DNA from: a virus
Reading direction: 5' to 3' (one strand)
IMG/VR virus record: IMGVR_UViG_3300010371_000034
Span: 14,778 to 78,777 of that record
Length of the DNA: 64,000 nucleotides
The notes under the pieces are model-generated. The model was given only the letters and a program-made list of their open reading frames with translations, ran no database searches and was not told the origin of the DNA. Made by a program: the position numbers and the translations under genes. Positions 1 to 9,143 of the stretch are shown here, in pieces; position 1 is the first letter of the stretch, and every line of letters starts with the position of its first letter.

Positions 1-108
1 AATCCAGGCCCACTGTGGGGGCGGGGCCTTGATCACGGTGTGTGGGTGCGCCGCCAGCAGCTTGTGCCGCGGCGACTTGAGGGCGCCCCTCATGAGTTGG
101 TTTGCCAT
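1..108 (-). CDS. 5' part of a gene running off the window edge (MANQLMRGALKSPRHKLLAAHPH...)
   Basis: ATG at 108 preceded by AGGAG; frame open to position 1. Confidence 0.6.
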   Translation of the reverse strand, partial: MANQLMRGALKSPRHKLLAAHPHTVIKAPPPQWAWI

Positions 109-130
109 TTTGTCGCTCCTGTTGGTTAGG

Positions 131-709
131 TTAGTGGTTGTTGTCGCTGTCCTTGACCTCTTGATGGTCTGGGTTGTCCTGCTGGTTTACTACCTCCAGC
201 GTCACCTTCGGCGTGTCCCGGTCTCGTTGCAACCGATCGATCACGCGATCGATGTTCTCGACCTTGAGCCCCATCGCTATGGCCAGCGCCTTGATCTCGT
301 CCAGGTCGCGCTTGAACTTGTTGCCGGGATCAGAATCCCACGCGTCCAGCTTCTTGAGGCTGAGCGTCTGGTTCTCAAGGTGCTGAGTCTGCTTGACCTG
401 CTCCTCGGTCTGGCGTTTGGACTCCTCGGTCTGCCGCCTCGATTCCTGAAGCAGTTCCGACACGTCCTCGACCATCTTCTTTGGCAGGGTCTCGCGCAGC
501 ATCCGCTCCCGCTCCGAGGCCGCCAGCAGCTTGGCCTCGCTCATCCGGTTGCGCTGCTGGCACTCCTCCTCGGCCAGCTCGACGCTCAGCAGCCGCTTGG
601 ACAGGCTCGCGATGTCCTTGTCGTTGACCCTCTTGACCAGATAGGTAGCGGCCGCGCTCAGCAATCCCGTTACGGCTGCTCCTATCGCTATCCATGCTCC
701 GGCATCCAT
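131..709 (-). CDS. membrane-anchored coiled-coil protein, possibly holin/lysis-related
   Basis: single N-terminal hydrophobic helix followed by long charged coiled coil; GGAGG RBS. Confidence 0.55.
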   Translation of the reverse strand: MDAGAWIAIGAAVTGLLSAAATYLVKRVNDKDIASLSKRLLSVELAEEECQQRNRMSEAKLLAASERERMLRETLPKKMVEDVSELLQESRRQTEESKRQTEEQVKQTQHLENQTLSLKKLDAWDSDPGNKFKRDLDEIKALAIAMGLKVENIDRVIDRLQRDRDTPKVTLEVVNQQDNPDHQEVKDSDNNH

Positions 710-763
710 ATGCGCCTCCGCGTGTGTCGATACGGGCGACTCGTCGGTATCGCGCGGAGAATC

Positions 764-1477
764 TCACACCGAGCCGGACGGGAAGGCGAAGATGCCCTGG
801 TTCATGTACCCGCAGGTGAACGTCACCGCGTTGGCTCCGGAGCAGTCCGCCCCGGTCGAGCTGGTGCGGATACGCATGAAGGGGAACGACCAGGGCGTGA
901 TCGCGTCGATGATCGACGTGTAGAACTCGACACCCGTCAGGTCGTCGCGCGGGTACAGGCCCGGCGGCGTCGCGCCCGTCAGGTCTTCGGGGTTGAGGTG
1001 GGCGTCCCAGTTGCCGCCGAAGTCTCCCGCGCAGCCGATGAAGCCCAGGATGCCCTCGTTGTACGCCTGCTCGGTCGCCAGGTCGAAGTCCTCGAAGTTG
1101 TTGGTGACGATGTCGTCGCCCGTCACGTTGACCACCCAGCTGGTGTAGGCCAGCGCCGTGCCGCCGATCGAGATGCGGCTGCTCTTGGATGCTCTTTGAT
1201 ACGCGGAATCCACTGTTACCAGTGGCGCAGACTATACATTCACCTGACCGTGGCGGGGAGAAGCCGCTTCACTCTTCTAGGTCAGGGCCGGCGTGTTATG
1301 GCTTTCGCCATCCAAGGTTCTCACCCTTGAGTCGTTACGGGGATCGTCGGGCACTCGATCTTACCCACGGGATTGCCGCTGGTCGTACAGTACGGTTCCC
1401 CCGTTTTGAGCCGGTCGTCGTGCTGAGTCACCCCAACACCGGGCTGTCACTCAACCCGTTGCTAAAATTTCGGCCAT
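764..1477 (-). CDS. probable major tail (tube) protein, spliced: exon1 1477-1454, exon2 1201-764 (~153 aa, MAEILATG|YQRASKSSRISIGG...)
   Basis: GGAGGG RBS + ATG at 1477, 8 codons then TGA at the intron start; in-frame junction to exon 2; size, beta-rich composition and position after neck genes. Confidence 0.7.
1202..1453 (-). ncRNA. group I intron (IA2-like), no internal ORF
   Basis: P1 GGGU/GCCC with U.G at the splice site; P AAAACGGGGGAACC, Q GCAAUCCCGUGGG, R CGUAACGACUC, S AAUGUAUAGUCUG; P3 CCGGC/GCCGG, P7.1, P7.2 (AUGGC-GAAA-GCCAU), P8 CCUGACC/GGUCAGG, P9 CCACUG-GUAA-CAGUGG, terminal G. Confidence 0.88.
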
Positions 1478-1481
1478 GTAG

Positions 1482-1685
1482 TTACCCTCCACTTTTCTTG
1501 GCTGTTCGTTTAGCGGCTCCTGCCCGTAAGTTAGCGAGGGCTTCCGGTCCACGCCTCATACCACGCAATTTTGCGACCCTCTTGGCAACGGTCTCGGCTG
1601 ATTGCTTCTTGCCAAGAGCCCTTTGCCGTAACATCTCTATCTGTTCTGGTGTCTTCTTCAGCTTGTTTTTGTGCTCCTCCGACAA
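1482..1685 (-). pseudogene. NUMOD3-repeat remnant of a homing endonuclease
   Basis: GRKLSEEHKNKL / GKKQSAETVAKR / GMRRGPEALANL repeats; lower GC; no nuclease domain or ATG. Confidence 0.65.
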
Positions 1686-1722
1686 TTTCCGGCCCGTTAG
1701 TTTCTGCCTTATCGCCTCAATG

Positions 1723-2658
1723 TCAACTGGTCGCGCCGAACACGTCCACCTCGAAGGTGATCGCGTTGGTCCCGTCCAGGTTGATCAGCTTGATGTTCTC
1801 GTGAGTCGAGTCGATGGTCACGAAGCCTGCGGCGATCGGATCGGCGTATCCGGTGAACCCGCCGGTCGCGACCGTCCGCTGACCGACCTCGACGCTGGGT
1901 ACCGTCGCGCCGGTGTAGCCTGCACCGCCCGCGATCAGCGTGACGGTGGTCGGCACTCCGGAGCCGTTGGTGACCACTCCCACCGTGCAGCCGGAGCCGC
2001 CGGCCTGCGTCGGGGAGACCAGGAACGAGCTGCTCTTGGGGTATCCGGTGCCGGCCGCGCCGATCGACACCGCGGACACCGCCCCGGCCGCGGTCAGGTC
2101 GAGCGTCAGGCCGGAGCCCGTGCTGCCGAAGATCGCCGCCGGAGTCGCCGGCCCGATGTTGGTGACCGCCCCTATCGACGTGGCGGTGGGCGGCGGGGAT
2201 ATGGTCGGGTCATCGGTGGCCGACAGGAGGCGGAACGCGCAGCCCTTGATCCTGGCCAACGTCACAGCGGTGCGGCCGATGATGTCGGTCATCCCGTTGA
2301 GGTTGACCGTCGCCGAGCCGCCCGCGACCACTCCCTGCTGGAAAGAGAAGAACTCGTCGCATCCTCCGCTCTGGGCGTTGGTCGCTTGAGTGCCCAGCGA
2401 CTGCCTCTTGTTGATCGTGCCGGTGTTGGTGGTCGGCGAGTAGGCCACGCCCGTAAGAGCCACCTGCGCGTTCCAGCTGATCGACAGGCCCAGCGAGCCG
2501 GTCAGGGCGGACAGCCCGGTGAAACGCATCCTGCGAGCCTTGCGGCGGAACTTGCGCCACCGCCTGGGCTCGCGCTTCGGCGGAACCGCCGAGCAGTCCA
2601 GTTCGGCATGGTCCAGCAGCAGCAGTTCTCCCCTGCTATGTTCAACGATGTCGAGCAT
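1723..2658 (-). CDS. virion structural protein (tail-associated)
   Basis: Gly/Thr/Ala-rich with GxGY repeats; located in neck/tail cluster. Confidence 0.6.
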   Translation of the reverse strand: MLDIVEHSRGELLLLDHAELDCSAVPPKREPRRWRKFRRKARRMRFTGLSALTGSLGLSISWNAQVALTGVAYSPTTNTGTINKRQSLGTQATNAQSGGCDEFFSFQQGVVAGGSATVNLNGMTDIIGRTAVTLARIKGCAFRLLSATDDPTISPPPTATSIGAVTNIGPATPAAIFGSTGSGLTLDLTAAGAVSAVSIGAAGTGYPKSSSFLVSPTQAGGSGCTVGVVTNGSGVPTTVTLIAGGAGYTGATVPSVEVGQRTVATGGFTGYADPIAAGFVTIDSTHENIKLINLDGTNAITFEVDVFGATS

Positions 2659-2712
2659 TGATGATTCTCCGCGTTGGTGTGTTGTTGTGTGGTGGTGGTG
2701 ATGTTGACCGGT

Positions 2713-3168
2713 TCAGCTCTCCGGGTCGATCGTGGGTTCGTCCGCGTCGGTGGCAGATGTCGGCTGCGCCACTGGTAACTGCTCCTTCTTCTCCTCGCAG
2801 CAGTGGCAGCTGTGCATCGCCCTGGCGGTCGGATCGATCTTGACGCCTGGGTAGTGCAGCGTCGCGCCGGTGGTCGGATCGGAGATGTCCAGGTTGAGCG
2901 ATCCGTCCTCGTTGACGGCGGTCACCACCGCGTCCCAGGGCTTGTGGCAGTGCAGCGGCACCAGCTTGGCCCGCTCGTTGGCGGCGTGGCTCGCCGGCTG
3001 CTTCTTGATGTGCTTGAGCTTGAGCAGCGCCTCGTCCTGGGTCAGTTGCTTGACGTTCTTGCCCTCCTTCCAGCCGAACACGAACGGGAAGCCGTCCTTG
3101 TTCATCTGGTGGGCGTGGATCGAATGCGGAACGTACTTCACCTTGTCGCCGACTTTCGATGGTGCCAT
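2713..3168 (-). CDS. hypothetical protein (MAPSKVGDKVKY...)
   Basis: GGGAG RBS, operon spacing, phage-like codon usage. Confidence 0.6.
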   Translation of the reverse strand: MAPSKVGDKVKYVPHSIHAHQMNKDGFPFVFGWKEGKNVKQLTQDEALLKLKHIKKQPASHAANERAKLVPLHCHKPWDAVVTAVNEDGSLNLDISDPTTGATLHYPGVKIDPTARAMHSCHCCEEKKEQLPVAQPTSATDADEPTIDPES

Positions 3169-3178
3169 GTCAGTCTCC

Positions 3179-3688
3179 CTATGATGATGTCGGCGCGTTG
3201 GTGTGCACCGAGCAGGTCCAGTAAGTGTCTCCGCGGTAGAGGAACTCCGACGTTGCGGTCCTAAGCTCGGCATCCTGCCAGCATCCATATGTGACCAGCG
3301 TCATCTGGATGATGTAGTTCGGGTTGCCGGGCGGCCCGCCTATGTTCACGTTGGTGTAGACCGCCACCTGCTTCTCAAACGCCTCCTCTATCCAGTTCAT
3401 CACCTTCTCGGCGTCGGCCCTCGTGGTGGCCCACACCTTTACCATGATCGTCCCGTCGTCCTTGGCCGCGTCGGCGCCCAGCACGTGCTCCCGCGTGAAC
3501 CCCGGCTCCTGCATCGCCAGCATCACCACCGGCCAGCTGCCCACCTGGTTGCTGGGGCCTACGGGGTGGCCGCTCTCGTCGAACCTGGGCACCTCGCCGT
3601 CCCACACGCTGAATGCGTCGGTCTCGGCGTTGGCCGCCAGTATCGGCGACAGGTAGTTGATCAGCCCGGCTATGGTCGGCGGTATCAA
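3179..3688 (-). CDS. putative tail terminator/completion protein
   Basis: size, position after gp10-like gene, P.V.l...vKVWA..r..A pattern. Confidence 0.55.
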   Translation of the reverse strand: MIPPTIAGLINYLSPILAANAETDAFSVWDGEVPRFDESGHPVGPSNQVGSWPVVMLAMQEPGFTREHVLGADAAKDDGTIMVKVWATTRADAEKVMNWIEEAFEKQVAVYTNVNIGGPPGNPNYIIQMTLVTYGCWQDAELRTATSEFLYRGDTYWTCSVHTNAPTSS

Positions 3689-4180
3689 TCACACGCTCCT
3701 CAGCCTGAAGTTCTTGCCGATGATCCGCACCAGGTCCTTGCGGTAGCGCCTAAGCGTCGGGACCACGAACTTGTGGTGGTCGCTCTCCAGCGCCTTGGGG
3801 TAGTTGAACCCCCTGGGGCTGCGGGCCTTTACGCCCACCACTGCGGTAGGCTGCAACTTGCCGAACAGCTTGCGTGGCTTATTGCCAGACCCTTGCACCC
3901 CTCCGCCCGGCTGGTGTATCGCGTAGGTGATGCTCTGCCGCAGCTTGCCGCTCAGCTTCCGGGGAGGTGCCCCGTGGATCGCTCGCACCTTGGCCCGGTA
4001 GCTGATGTCGCCCAACCGAGACACCGACCGTTTGCGAGGGGCCGGAACGCTTACCACTTCCTTCAGCCGGGCGGCGAAGAATATCGCCGCGGCCTTGGTG
4101 CCCTTTCCAGCGCTGCGCATCACCTGGTCAGCTATCCGGGCCGCTATCACCCTGATTTGCTGTCTGGGATCAGTCGGCAT
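3689..4180 (-). CDS. HK97 gp10-like tail/neck protein
   Basis: basic; PPRKLSGKLRQSI and Y..ALE....F..P motifs. Confidence 0.7.
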   Translation of the reverse strand: MPTDPRQQIRVIAARIADQVMRSAGKGTKAAAIFFAARLKEVVSVPAPRKRSVSRLGDISYRAKVRAIHGAPPRKLSGKLRQSITYAIHQPGGGVQGSGNKPRKLFGKLQPTAVVGVKARSPRGFNYPKALESDHHKFVVPTLRRYRKDLVRIIGKNFRLRSV

Positions 4181-4553
4181 AGGGCGACTCCATCGGCACG
4201 TCCGACGCGTCGATCAGTTCGCAGTCGACCGACCACAGCTGTCCCCTGGCAACCGGCTGAGCCCTTCCCATCACGTTGTAGTGGTTGGTCAGCTCAAGCG
4301 TTTCGTCCGTCGCCACGATTCGGTCGTTCTTGGTGGTTCCTGGGTCGTCGGCGAAGTACAGCGTGGTTGACAGCGAGGCATTGTTCTGGCCGTACAGAAT
4401 CTTGCTCATCACGCCCGCCTGCTGCTGCGAGCAGGGGACCTGGAAGGCGATCCGGGACCAGTTCTGCACGGTCCCCTGCGCGGCGTCCCTGGACACGCTG
4501 GTCGGCCGGTATATGTCAGCGACCGAGTCCATCATCGTTGTCCAAAGAGACAT
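4170..4553 (-). CDS. head closure (stopper) protein
   Basis: MSLWTTMMDSVADIYRP...VPCS...DRI; position after adaptor. Confidence 0.6.
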   Translation of the reverse strand: MSLWTTMMDSVADIYRPTSVSRDAAQGTVQNWSRIAFQVPCSQQQAGVMSKILYGQNNASLSTTLYFADDPGTTKNDRIVATDETLELTNHYNVMGRAQPVARGQLWSVDCELIDASDVPMESPYAD

Positions 4554-4558
4554 AGCAA

Positions 4559-5554
4559 TCACCAAGAAATATCGCGATACCGGCTGAGCACGCTGCGGTT
4601 GTTGTCCAGGTCCAGGAACTCCGGGCTGGTCAACACGCTGTAGCTCCATGCTCCTAGATTGGCGCTGGATAGCTCGGAGCCCATCGGCATGTTGCGGACC
4701 ATAGCCGCCACCAGCTTGGTCGCCACGTTCTGGACGTCGTAGGGCACCGTCGCGTAGCCTGAGCTGTAGCAGACCTTGATGTTGCGGTAGCCCCTGGGCC
4801 AGCACGGCAGCCGGTAGCTCGACAGCTTGTCGTTGCCTCCCCAGACCGAGGGGTAGCTGCCGATGAAACCCGCCGCCATGAACCCGCCGATCCTGCGCAG
4901 CGTGCCCGCGTAGCTCTTGCGCTGCTCCCTGTCGGTGTCCACCATGAAGTTGACGCCCTGTATCTGCAAGGTCTGCGGTCCGAACGGTCCCTGCCCGCTG
5001 GCGTATGGCGACACCCCAGATGGAGCCTGCGCGGCGTATGCCGTCGGGTCGAACCACACCGCCGGCTGGCTGACCGAGTTCAGCCCCATCTGCGAGCTCA
5101 GCGTGCCTGACCCGCCGACGCATCCCGTCAGCGAGGTCGGGGTGGTGCCGCTGTAGGTGAACGTCGTCCAGGTCGCTGCCCCTGTCTGCACCGCAGCGCA
5201 CGGCTGCTGCCCGTCGCGGTTGGCCGGATCGAACATCGGGCCGCCGCTGTCGTCCAGCGTGGTCGCCACGTTCAGGTCCCAGCTGCTGCCGTCAGTCGGA
5301 ATCTCGAAGCCGCTGGAGGCTGCCGCCACCGTCGTCGTGCCCGACCACACCGGAAACTGCCTGAGCACTATCTGCGGCATGTTGTTGCCGTCGTAGTACT
5401 CCGTCCGCGCTTGCAGCTCGATGTCCTGCCTGCACCAGCTCTTGATCGATAGGTCGGCGGACAGTACCAGCTGCTGTAGCCACTGGTTGGTCACCTTGGC
5501 GGATGACTTGACGCTCGGCACCAGCCGGCACAGTTCTATGGTTGTCAGCGGCAT
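4559..5554 (-). CDS. head-tail adaptor (gp6-like) with large internal insertion
   Basis: N-term LTT..L..A...I..WC; C-term RNIKVCYSSGYATVPYDVQ...L.RYR. Confidence 0.7.
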   Translation of the reverse strand: MPLTTIELCRLVPSVKSSAKVTNQWLQQLVLSADLSIKSWCRQDIELQARTEYYDGNNMPQIVLRQFPVWSGTTTVAAASSGFEIPTDGSSWDLNVATTLDDSGGPMFDPANRDGQQPCAAVQTGAATWTTFTYSGTTPTSLTGCVGGSGTLSSQMGLNSVSQPAVWFDPTAYAAQAPSGVSPYASGQGPFGPQTLQIQGVNFMVDTDREQRKSYAGTLRRIGGFMAAGFIGSYPSVWGGNDKLSSYRLPCWPRGYRNIKVCYSSGYATVPYDVQNVATKLVAAMVRNMPMGSELSSANLGAWSYSVLTSPEFLDLDNNRSVLSRYRDISW

Positions 5555-5563
5555 CGCCGGTCC

Positions 5564-5917
5564 TCACGCTGCCGCGGTTGACTTCGCGGCGGCCTGGTCG
5601 CGAGCGCGCTGGATCGACACTGCCTCGTGCATCGGGTGCGTCCAGGAAACCGGGTTGCAGACGACCTGCGTGATCTCCAGCGGGTCCGCTCCGTCCTTCT
5701 GCGGCAGCTGCGTCGTCTTCTTGGCGGTGCCGGTCTTGGGACCCTCGCCGGCCGGGTCCGACCAGAACGAGTTGCCAAGCTCGTCACGCCCCTGCTCGGT
5801 CCAGCCGGCCTCGTTGAGGTACTTGCGGGCTTCGTCGGCCGGCAACGGACGCCCCGCGCCTGGCCGGGTCATCGGCGGCACCTCAACCTGCATCTGGTTC
5901 GGTTTGTCTTTCGCCAT
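5564..5917 (-). CDS. hypothetical protein
   Basis: AGGAG RBS, operon context. Confidence 0.55.
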   Translation of the reverse strand: MAKDKPNQMQVEVPPMTRPGAGRPLPADEARKYLNEAGWTEQGRDELGNSFWSDPAGEGPKTGTAKKTTQLPQKDGADPLEITQVVCNPVSWTHPMHEAVSIQRARDQAAAKSTAAA

Positions 5918-5921
5918 GTCG

Positions 5922-6104
5922 TCACTCCTGATCTTCTGGGTAGTTGGGGCGACCCTGCTTCCACCACTCGCCGTCGGCCACGTCCGAGCGGTCGAGCTCG
6001 TTCAACCTGTGCCTGATCCTGCGCACGTCCGTCGCCAACCCCACCAGCGTCACCAGTATCAGCAGGAAGGACGTGGCGCACATCGCCAGCAGCAACAGCT
6101 CCAT
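5922..6104 (-). CDS. small membrane protein
   Basis: one hydrophobic helix; abuts neighbours. Confidence 0.5.
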   Translation of the reverse strand: MELLLLAMCATSFLLILVTLVGLATDVRRIRHRLNELDRSDVADGEWWKQGRPNYPEDQE

Positions 6105-6105
6105 C

Positions 6106-7560
6106 TCATTGCTCCTTCTTGGGCTCCCACTGCGGGGCCGAGTCTTTGTCGTATTCGTACTCGCCCCACGTGGTGTCGTTGGTGAAGTCCGCTATCCCCT
6201 GGTGCCGCAGCCGCACCTTCTTGGTGATGAACGTCCGGGCGCCCAGCTGGGCGAGCTGCCGGGAAAAGAACCAGTCCTCGCTCTCCCTGCGGTTGACCCA
6301 CTTGCCGGTGTCCTTGTCGCGGACGATGTCCGTGGGGAAGTCGAACCACGCGGTCAGCCGCCCTTGCGCATCGGTCTTGTAGAAGGGGTTGGCGTTGACG
6401 TTGTCGACCATCCTCGGCCGCAGGTCCGCGACGAAGCAGCCCGTGTTGTGCAGCAGCACCGCGTCGGCGTGCACCTTAGGGTCGGCGCCCCGCCAATCGA
6501 GCAGGCGCTTCAGGTCCTCGCAGCCGAACGTCGCGGGCAGCTTCTGTACCAGCTCCCGCACCGTCAGCCGGCGGAAGCTGCCCCAGCGGTTGCTCGGCGT
6601 TCCCAGTCCGCAGTTCATCACGCCCCGCAGGTCCTTCATCGCGCATGCGACCGACACCAGGTCGGCCTTCTTGTCCTCGCACTCGTCGACCAGGATGTCC
6701 AGCCAGCCCGCCTGCGGCTTGCAGTCGCTGTGCAGCATCACCGCGTGGCTGATCTCGCCGGCCTCGGCCCGGTTGAGCGCCCTGGCCCACATCGCGTTGA
6801 AGTCGTCCCAGCCGTTGCCGTTGTTGTCGAGGTCCACTCGGTGCAGCCCGATGCTGGCGTGGGCCACCGCCTCGGTGGTTCCCCAGCTGAAGGTGTGCCC
6901 TGGGCACATCAGCTGCACGGTGCGAGGAATGCTCCTGCGCTTCTGGAACACGATCGCGCTGTCGATCCGGTCGAGCAGCCTGAACTCCTGCGGCCTCGAC
7001 AGCACGCGGTTGTCGAGCGCCTCAACCACCCCTGGGTCGGTCGTCGTGCAGTCGTGCATCATCACGAAGCCGCCGTCCGCCACCTTGGGCAGCCACACGT
7101 CCAGGTCTCGGCAGACCGCCTGAAAGCTGTGGTCGCCGTCGATGAACAGCACCGCTATGCCGTCGGGCACGTGCTGCGAGCCGCTAGCGCTGTCGTAGTG
7201 GACCATCTTGACCGCCCCGTTGACTCCTGCGGCGTCAAGGTTCCTGCGCAGCAGCTCCGGCCCGGTCCTCTCGACCTCGGGCGCCAGGTTGCCCAGGCTG
7301 GTCTTGCGGGCGTCGGCTATCTGGTAGAACGGGTCCACCGCGTATACCGAGTGGCCCTTGCCGGCCATGCTGCCCAAACCAAGCGCTGCCGTCGAGCGAC
7401 CCTTCCACGAGCCGATCTCGACGATGTGCCCGGTCGACCGAACTGCCAGACCGTACAGCGCCTCGGCCTCCGACCTGGTCAACCAACCGTCGATGCCGGT
7501 CACCTTGTCCATTGCCTCGTCCCGCCTGACTTCGGCGGGAGTCTTCGTTGCCTCTGCCAT
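6106..7560 (-). CDS. class I SAM methyltransferase (Methyltransf_24-like) fused to glycosyltransferase-like domain
   Basis: VEIGSWKGRST, LFIDGDHS, GGFVMMHD; C-half MLHSD, TGC, SEDWFFS...HQG typical of GT-A folds. Confidence 0.75.
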   Translation of the reverse strand: MAEATKTPAEVRRDEAMDKVTGIDGWLTRSEAEALYGLAVRSTGHIVEIGSWKGRSTAALGLGSMAGKGHSVYAVDPFYQIADARKTSLGNLAPEVERTGPELLRRNLDAAGVNGAVKMVHYDSASGSQHVPDGIAVLFIDGDHSFQAVCRDLDVWLPKVADGGFVMMHDCTTTDPGVVEALDNRVLSRPQEFRLLDRIDSAIVFQKRRSIPRTVQLMCPGHTFSWGTTEAVAHASIGLHRVDLDNNGNGWDDFNAMWARALNRAEAGEISHAVMLHSDCKPQAGWLDILVDECEDKKADLVSVACAMKDLRGVMNCGLGTPSNRWGSFRRLTVRELVQKLPATFGCEDLKRLLDWRGADPKVHADAVLLHNTGCFVADLRPRMVDNVNANPFYKTDAQGRLTAWFDFPTDIVRDKDTGKWVNRRESEDWFFSRQLAQLGARTFITKKVRLRHQGIADFTNDTTWGEYEYDKDSAPQWEPKKEQ

Positions 7561-7622
7561 ATCAACGCTCCTGTGGCTTCCCCACGAGGGTCGCCAGTTG
7601 ATGTAAAGGGCGATCGGTTGGT

Positions 7623-8333
7623 TTAGACGATGGTCTCCGGGTCGGTGTACCACTGCGTCGCGGACACCGCCGTGAACACCCGCTGGCCGAGGTTGGGCAC
7701 GTTGTAGACCGCGTTGGCAGCCGCGCCGTTGATCTTGGACCCCACCTGCGGGAATATCTGCAAGGTGCTGCCCGACGTGGTGCTCTTGACCGTCACCTTT
7801 TCGCCGGCCACCGCAACCGGCAGCAACGCAGCCGCGGCATTGTTGGCCCCGGAGATGTAGCTAAACTGGCTTGGGTTGCCGGCCGACAGCGCCGTGGCGT
7901 TGCCGATCGCGGTGCCACCCGCGGCCACCGAGTACACCGGCTCGTAGGGAGCAGTGCCGGAGGTCTGGAGAACGCCGCTGCCGTCGAACACCGACACCGA
8001 GAAGTTCTGCACCGGCGGGGTGTTGCCCGGCCCGGCGCCCGTGCCGGTCAGGTCGTAGTCCACCGTGGTCGCGGTGGTGGTGTCGGCGAACAGCGAGTCG
8101 TTGGACTCCATCGGGATGCCGCTGATGACCGCGGACCCGCTCACCGGGATCGTGACTGAGCCCGGCAGCGTGCGGGCGGTGCCGCCGTTGCGCTTGACCT
8201 CCAGCGTGACCACCTGGGCCACCGAGGAGGAGGTGTTGCGAAGCCGCAGCGACCAGTAATCGGACTGCGTCGCGGTGGCGAGCGCCGTGGTCAGCGCGGT
8301 GGGCAGCTGCCCGTTGGCAATCAATAAGCTCAT
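7623..8333 (-). CDS. virion structural/decoration protein
   Basis: Thr/Ala/Gly-rich; LP.A.AG..V.V....IFP..G.KING pattern; follows capsid genes. Confidence 0.55.
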   Translation of the reverse strand: MSLLIANGQLPTALTTALATATQSDYWSLRLRNTSSSVAQVVTLEVKRNGGTARTLPGSVTIPVSGSAVISGIPMESNDSLFADTTTATTVDYDLTGTGAGPGNTPPVQNFSVSVFDGSGVLQTSGTAPYEPVYSVAAGGTAIGNATALSAGNPSQFSYISGANNAAAALLPVAVAGEKVTVKSTTSGSTLQIFPQVGSKINGAAANAVYNVPNLGQRVFTAVSATQWYTDPETIV

Positions 8334-8375
8334 GCGTTGTTTCCCCTTATGCTCCTGGCCGTGGTTTGTTATTGG

Positions 8376-8840
8376 TTACTGAGCGACCACTTTGCTGGTC
8401 CAGGTCACGTCGTCCTCCTGGTTGCCCGGAGACTGCGAGGAGCAGTCGGCGATCAGGAACCCGTGGACCGGGGCGTCGTGGCTGGCGGTCTCGGCCACCA
8501 GTCCCTTGACCCAGCTCATGCCGGCTCCCAGCTGGTCGGCCCGCACCTCGATCGACACCGGCGTGTTGGCCGTGTTGACGCCGGTGAGCGCGGGGTTGGT
8601 CGTCGGGCAGTTGATCGCCGTGTAGGTGCCGTTCTGCGTGTTGGACTGGACGATGCTGGCGTTGATCAGCGAGGACGCGTTGATCGCGCCCAGCGAGCAG
8701 ATCAGCCGGACCCGCCGCATGATGCTCATGTTGATCGCGCCGGTCGAGGCGTTGGCAGTGGCGCCGTTGTTGAGCGTCTGCGGCGGAAACTCCGCATACG
8801 CCTGACCCTCGGTCAGCTGTTCCGTGAAATCGCGAGGCAT
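8376..8840 (-). CDS. capsid decoration/cement protein
   Basis: 154 aa beta-rich protein directly downstream of capsid genes. Confidence 0.55.
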   Translation of the reverse strand: MPRDFTEQLTEGQAYAEFPPQTLNNGATANASTGAINMSIMRRVRLICSLGAINASSLINASIVQSNTQNGTYTAINCPTTNPALTGVNTANTPVSIEVRADQLGAGMSWVKGLVAETASHDAPVHGFLIADCSSQSPGNQEDDVTWTSKVVAQ

Positions 8841-8886
8841 TGCACTGTCTCCTCTGTAGGGTTACGTGTTGTTGTCGGTTGGTTCG

Positions 8887-9132
8887 TTACACCCTGCGCT
8901 TCTTGGCCAGGCTGACTGCCGCGTCGAACGAGCGCACGGTGCCCTCGTCGACGTGGGCCACCTGCGATCCCTCCTTGCAGCGGAAGGACTTGGCACACTT
9001 CCACTTGCCGTCGGGCTGCTTGTCCCAGCCGGCCTCGGTGAGCTCGGCCTCGGTCATCGGTGGCGGGGCGGCCACGGGCTTGGCGGTGTTGGCAGCCTTC
9101 GGAGTCTGGGCTTGTGGTTTTTCGTCGGCCAT
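8887..9132 (-). CDS. hypothetical protein
   Basis: GGGAG RBS, operon context. Confidence 0.55.
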   Translation of the reverse strand: MADEKPQAQTPKAANTAKPVAAPPPMTEAELTEAGWDKQPDGKWKCAKSFRCKEGSQVAHVDEGTVRSFDAAVSLAKKRRV

Positions 9133-9143
9133 GTCATGTCTCC

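Noticed and set aside
764-1213. GTG-started 149-aa ORF as the complete gene
   Set aside because: GTG lies in the intron P9 hairpin with no RBS; the spliced model explains the upstream RBS/ATG
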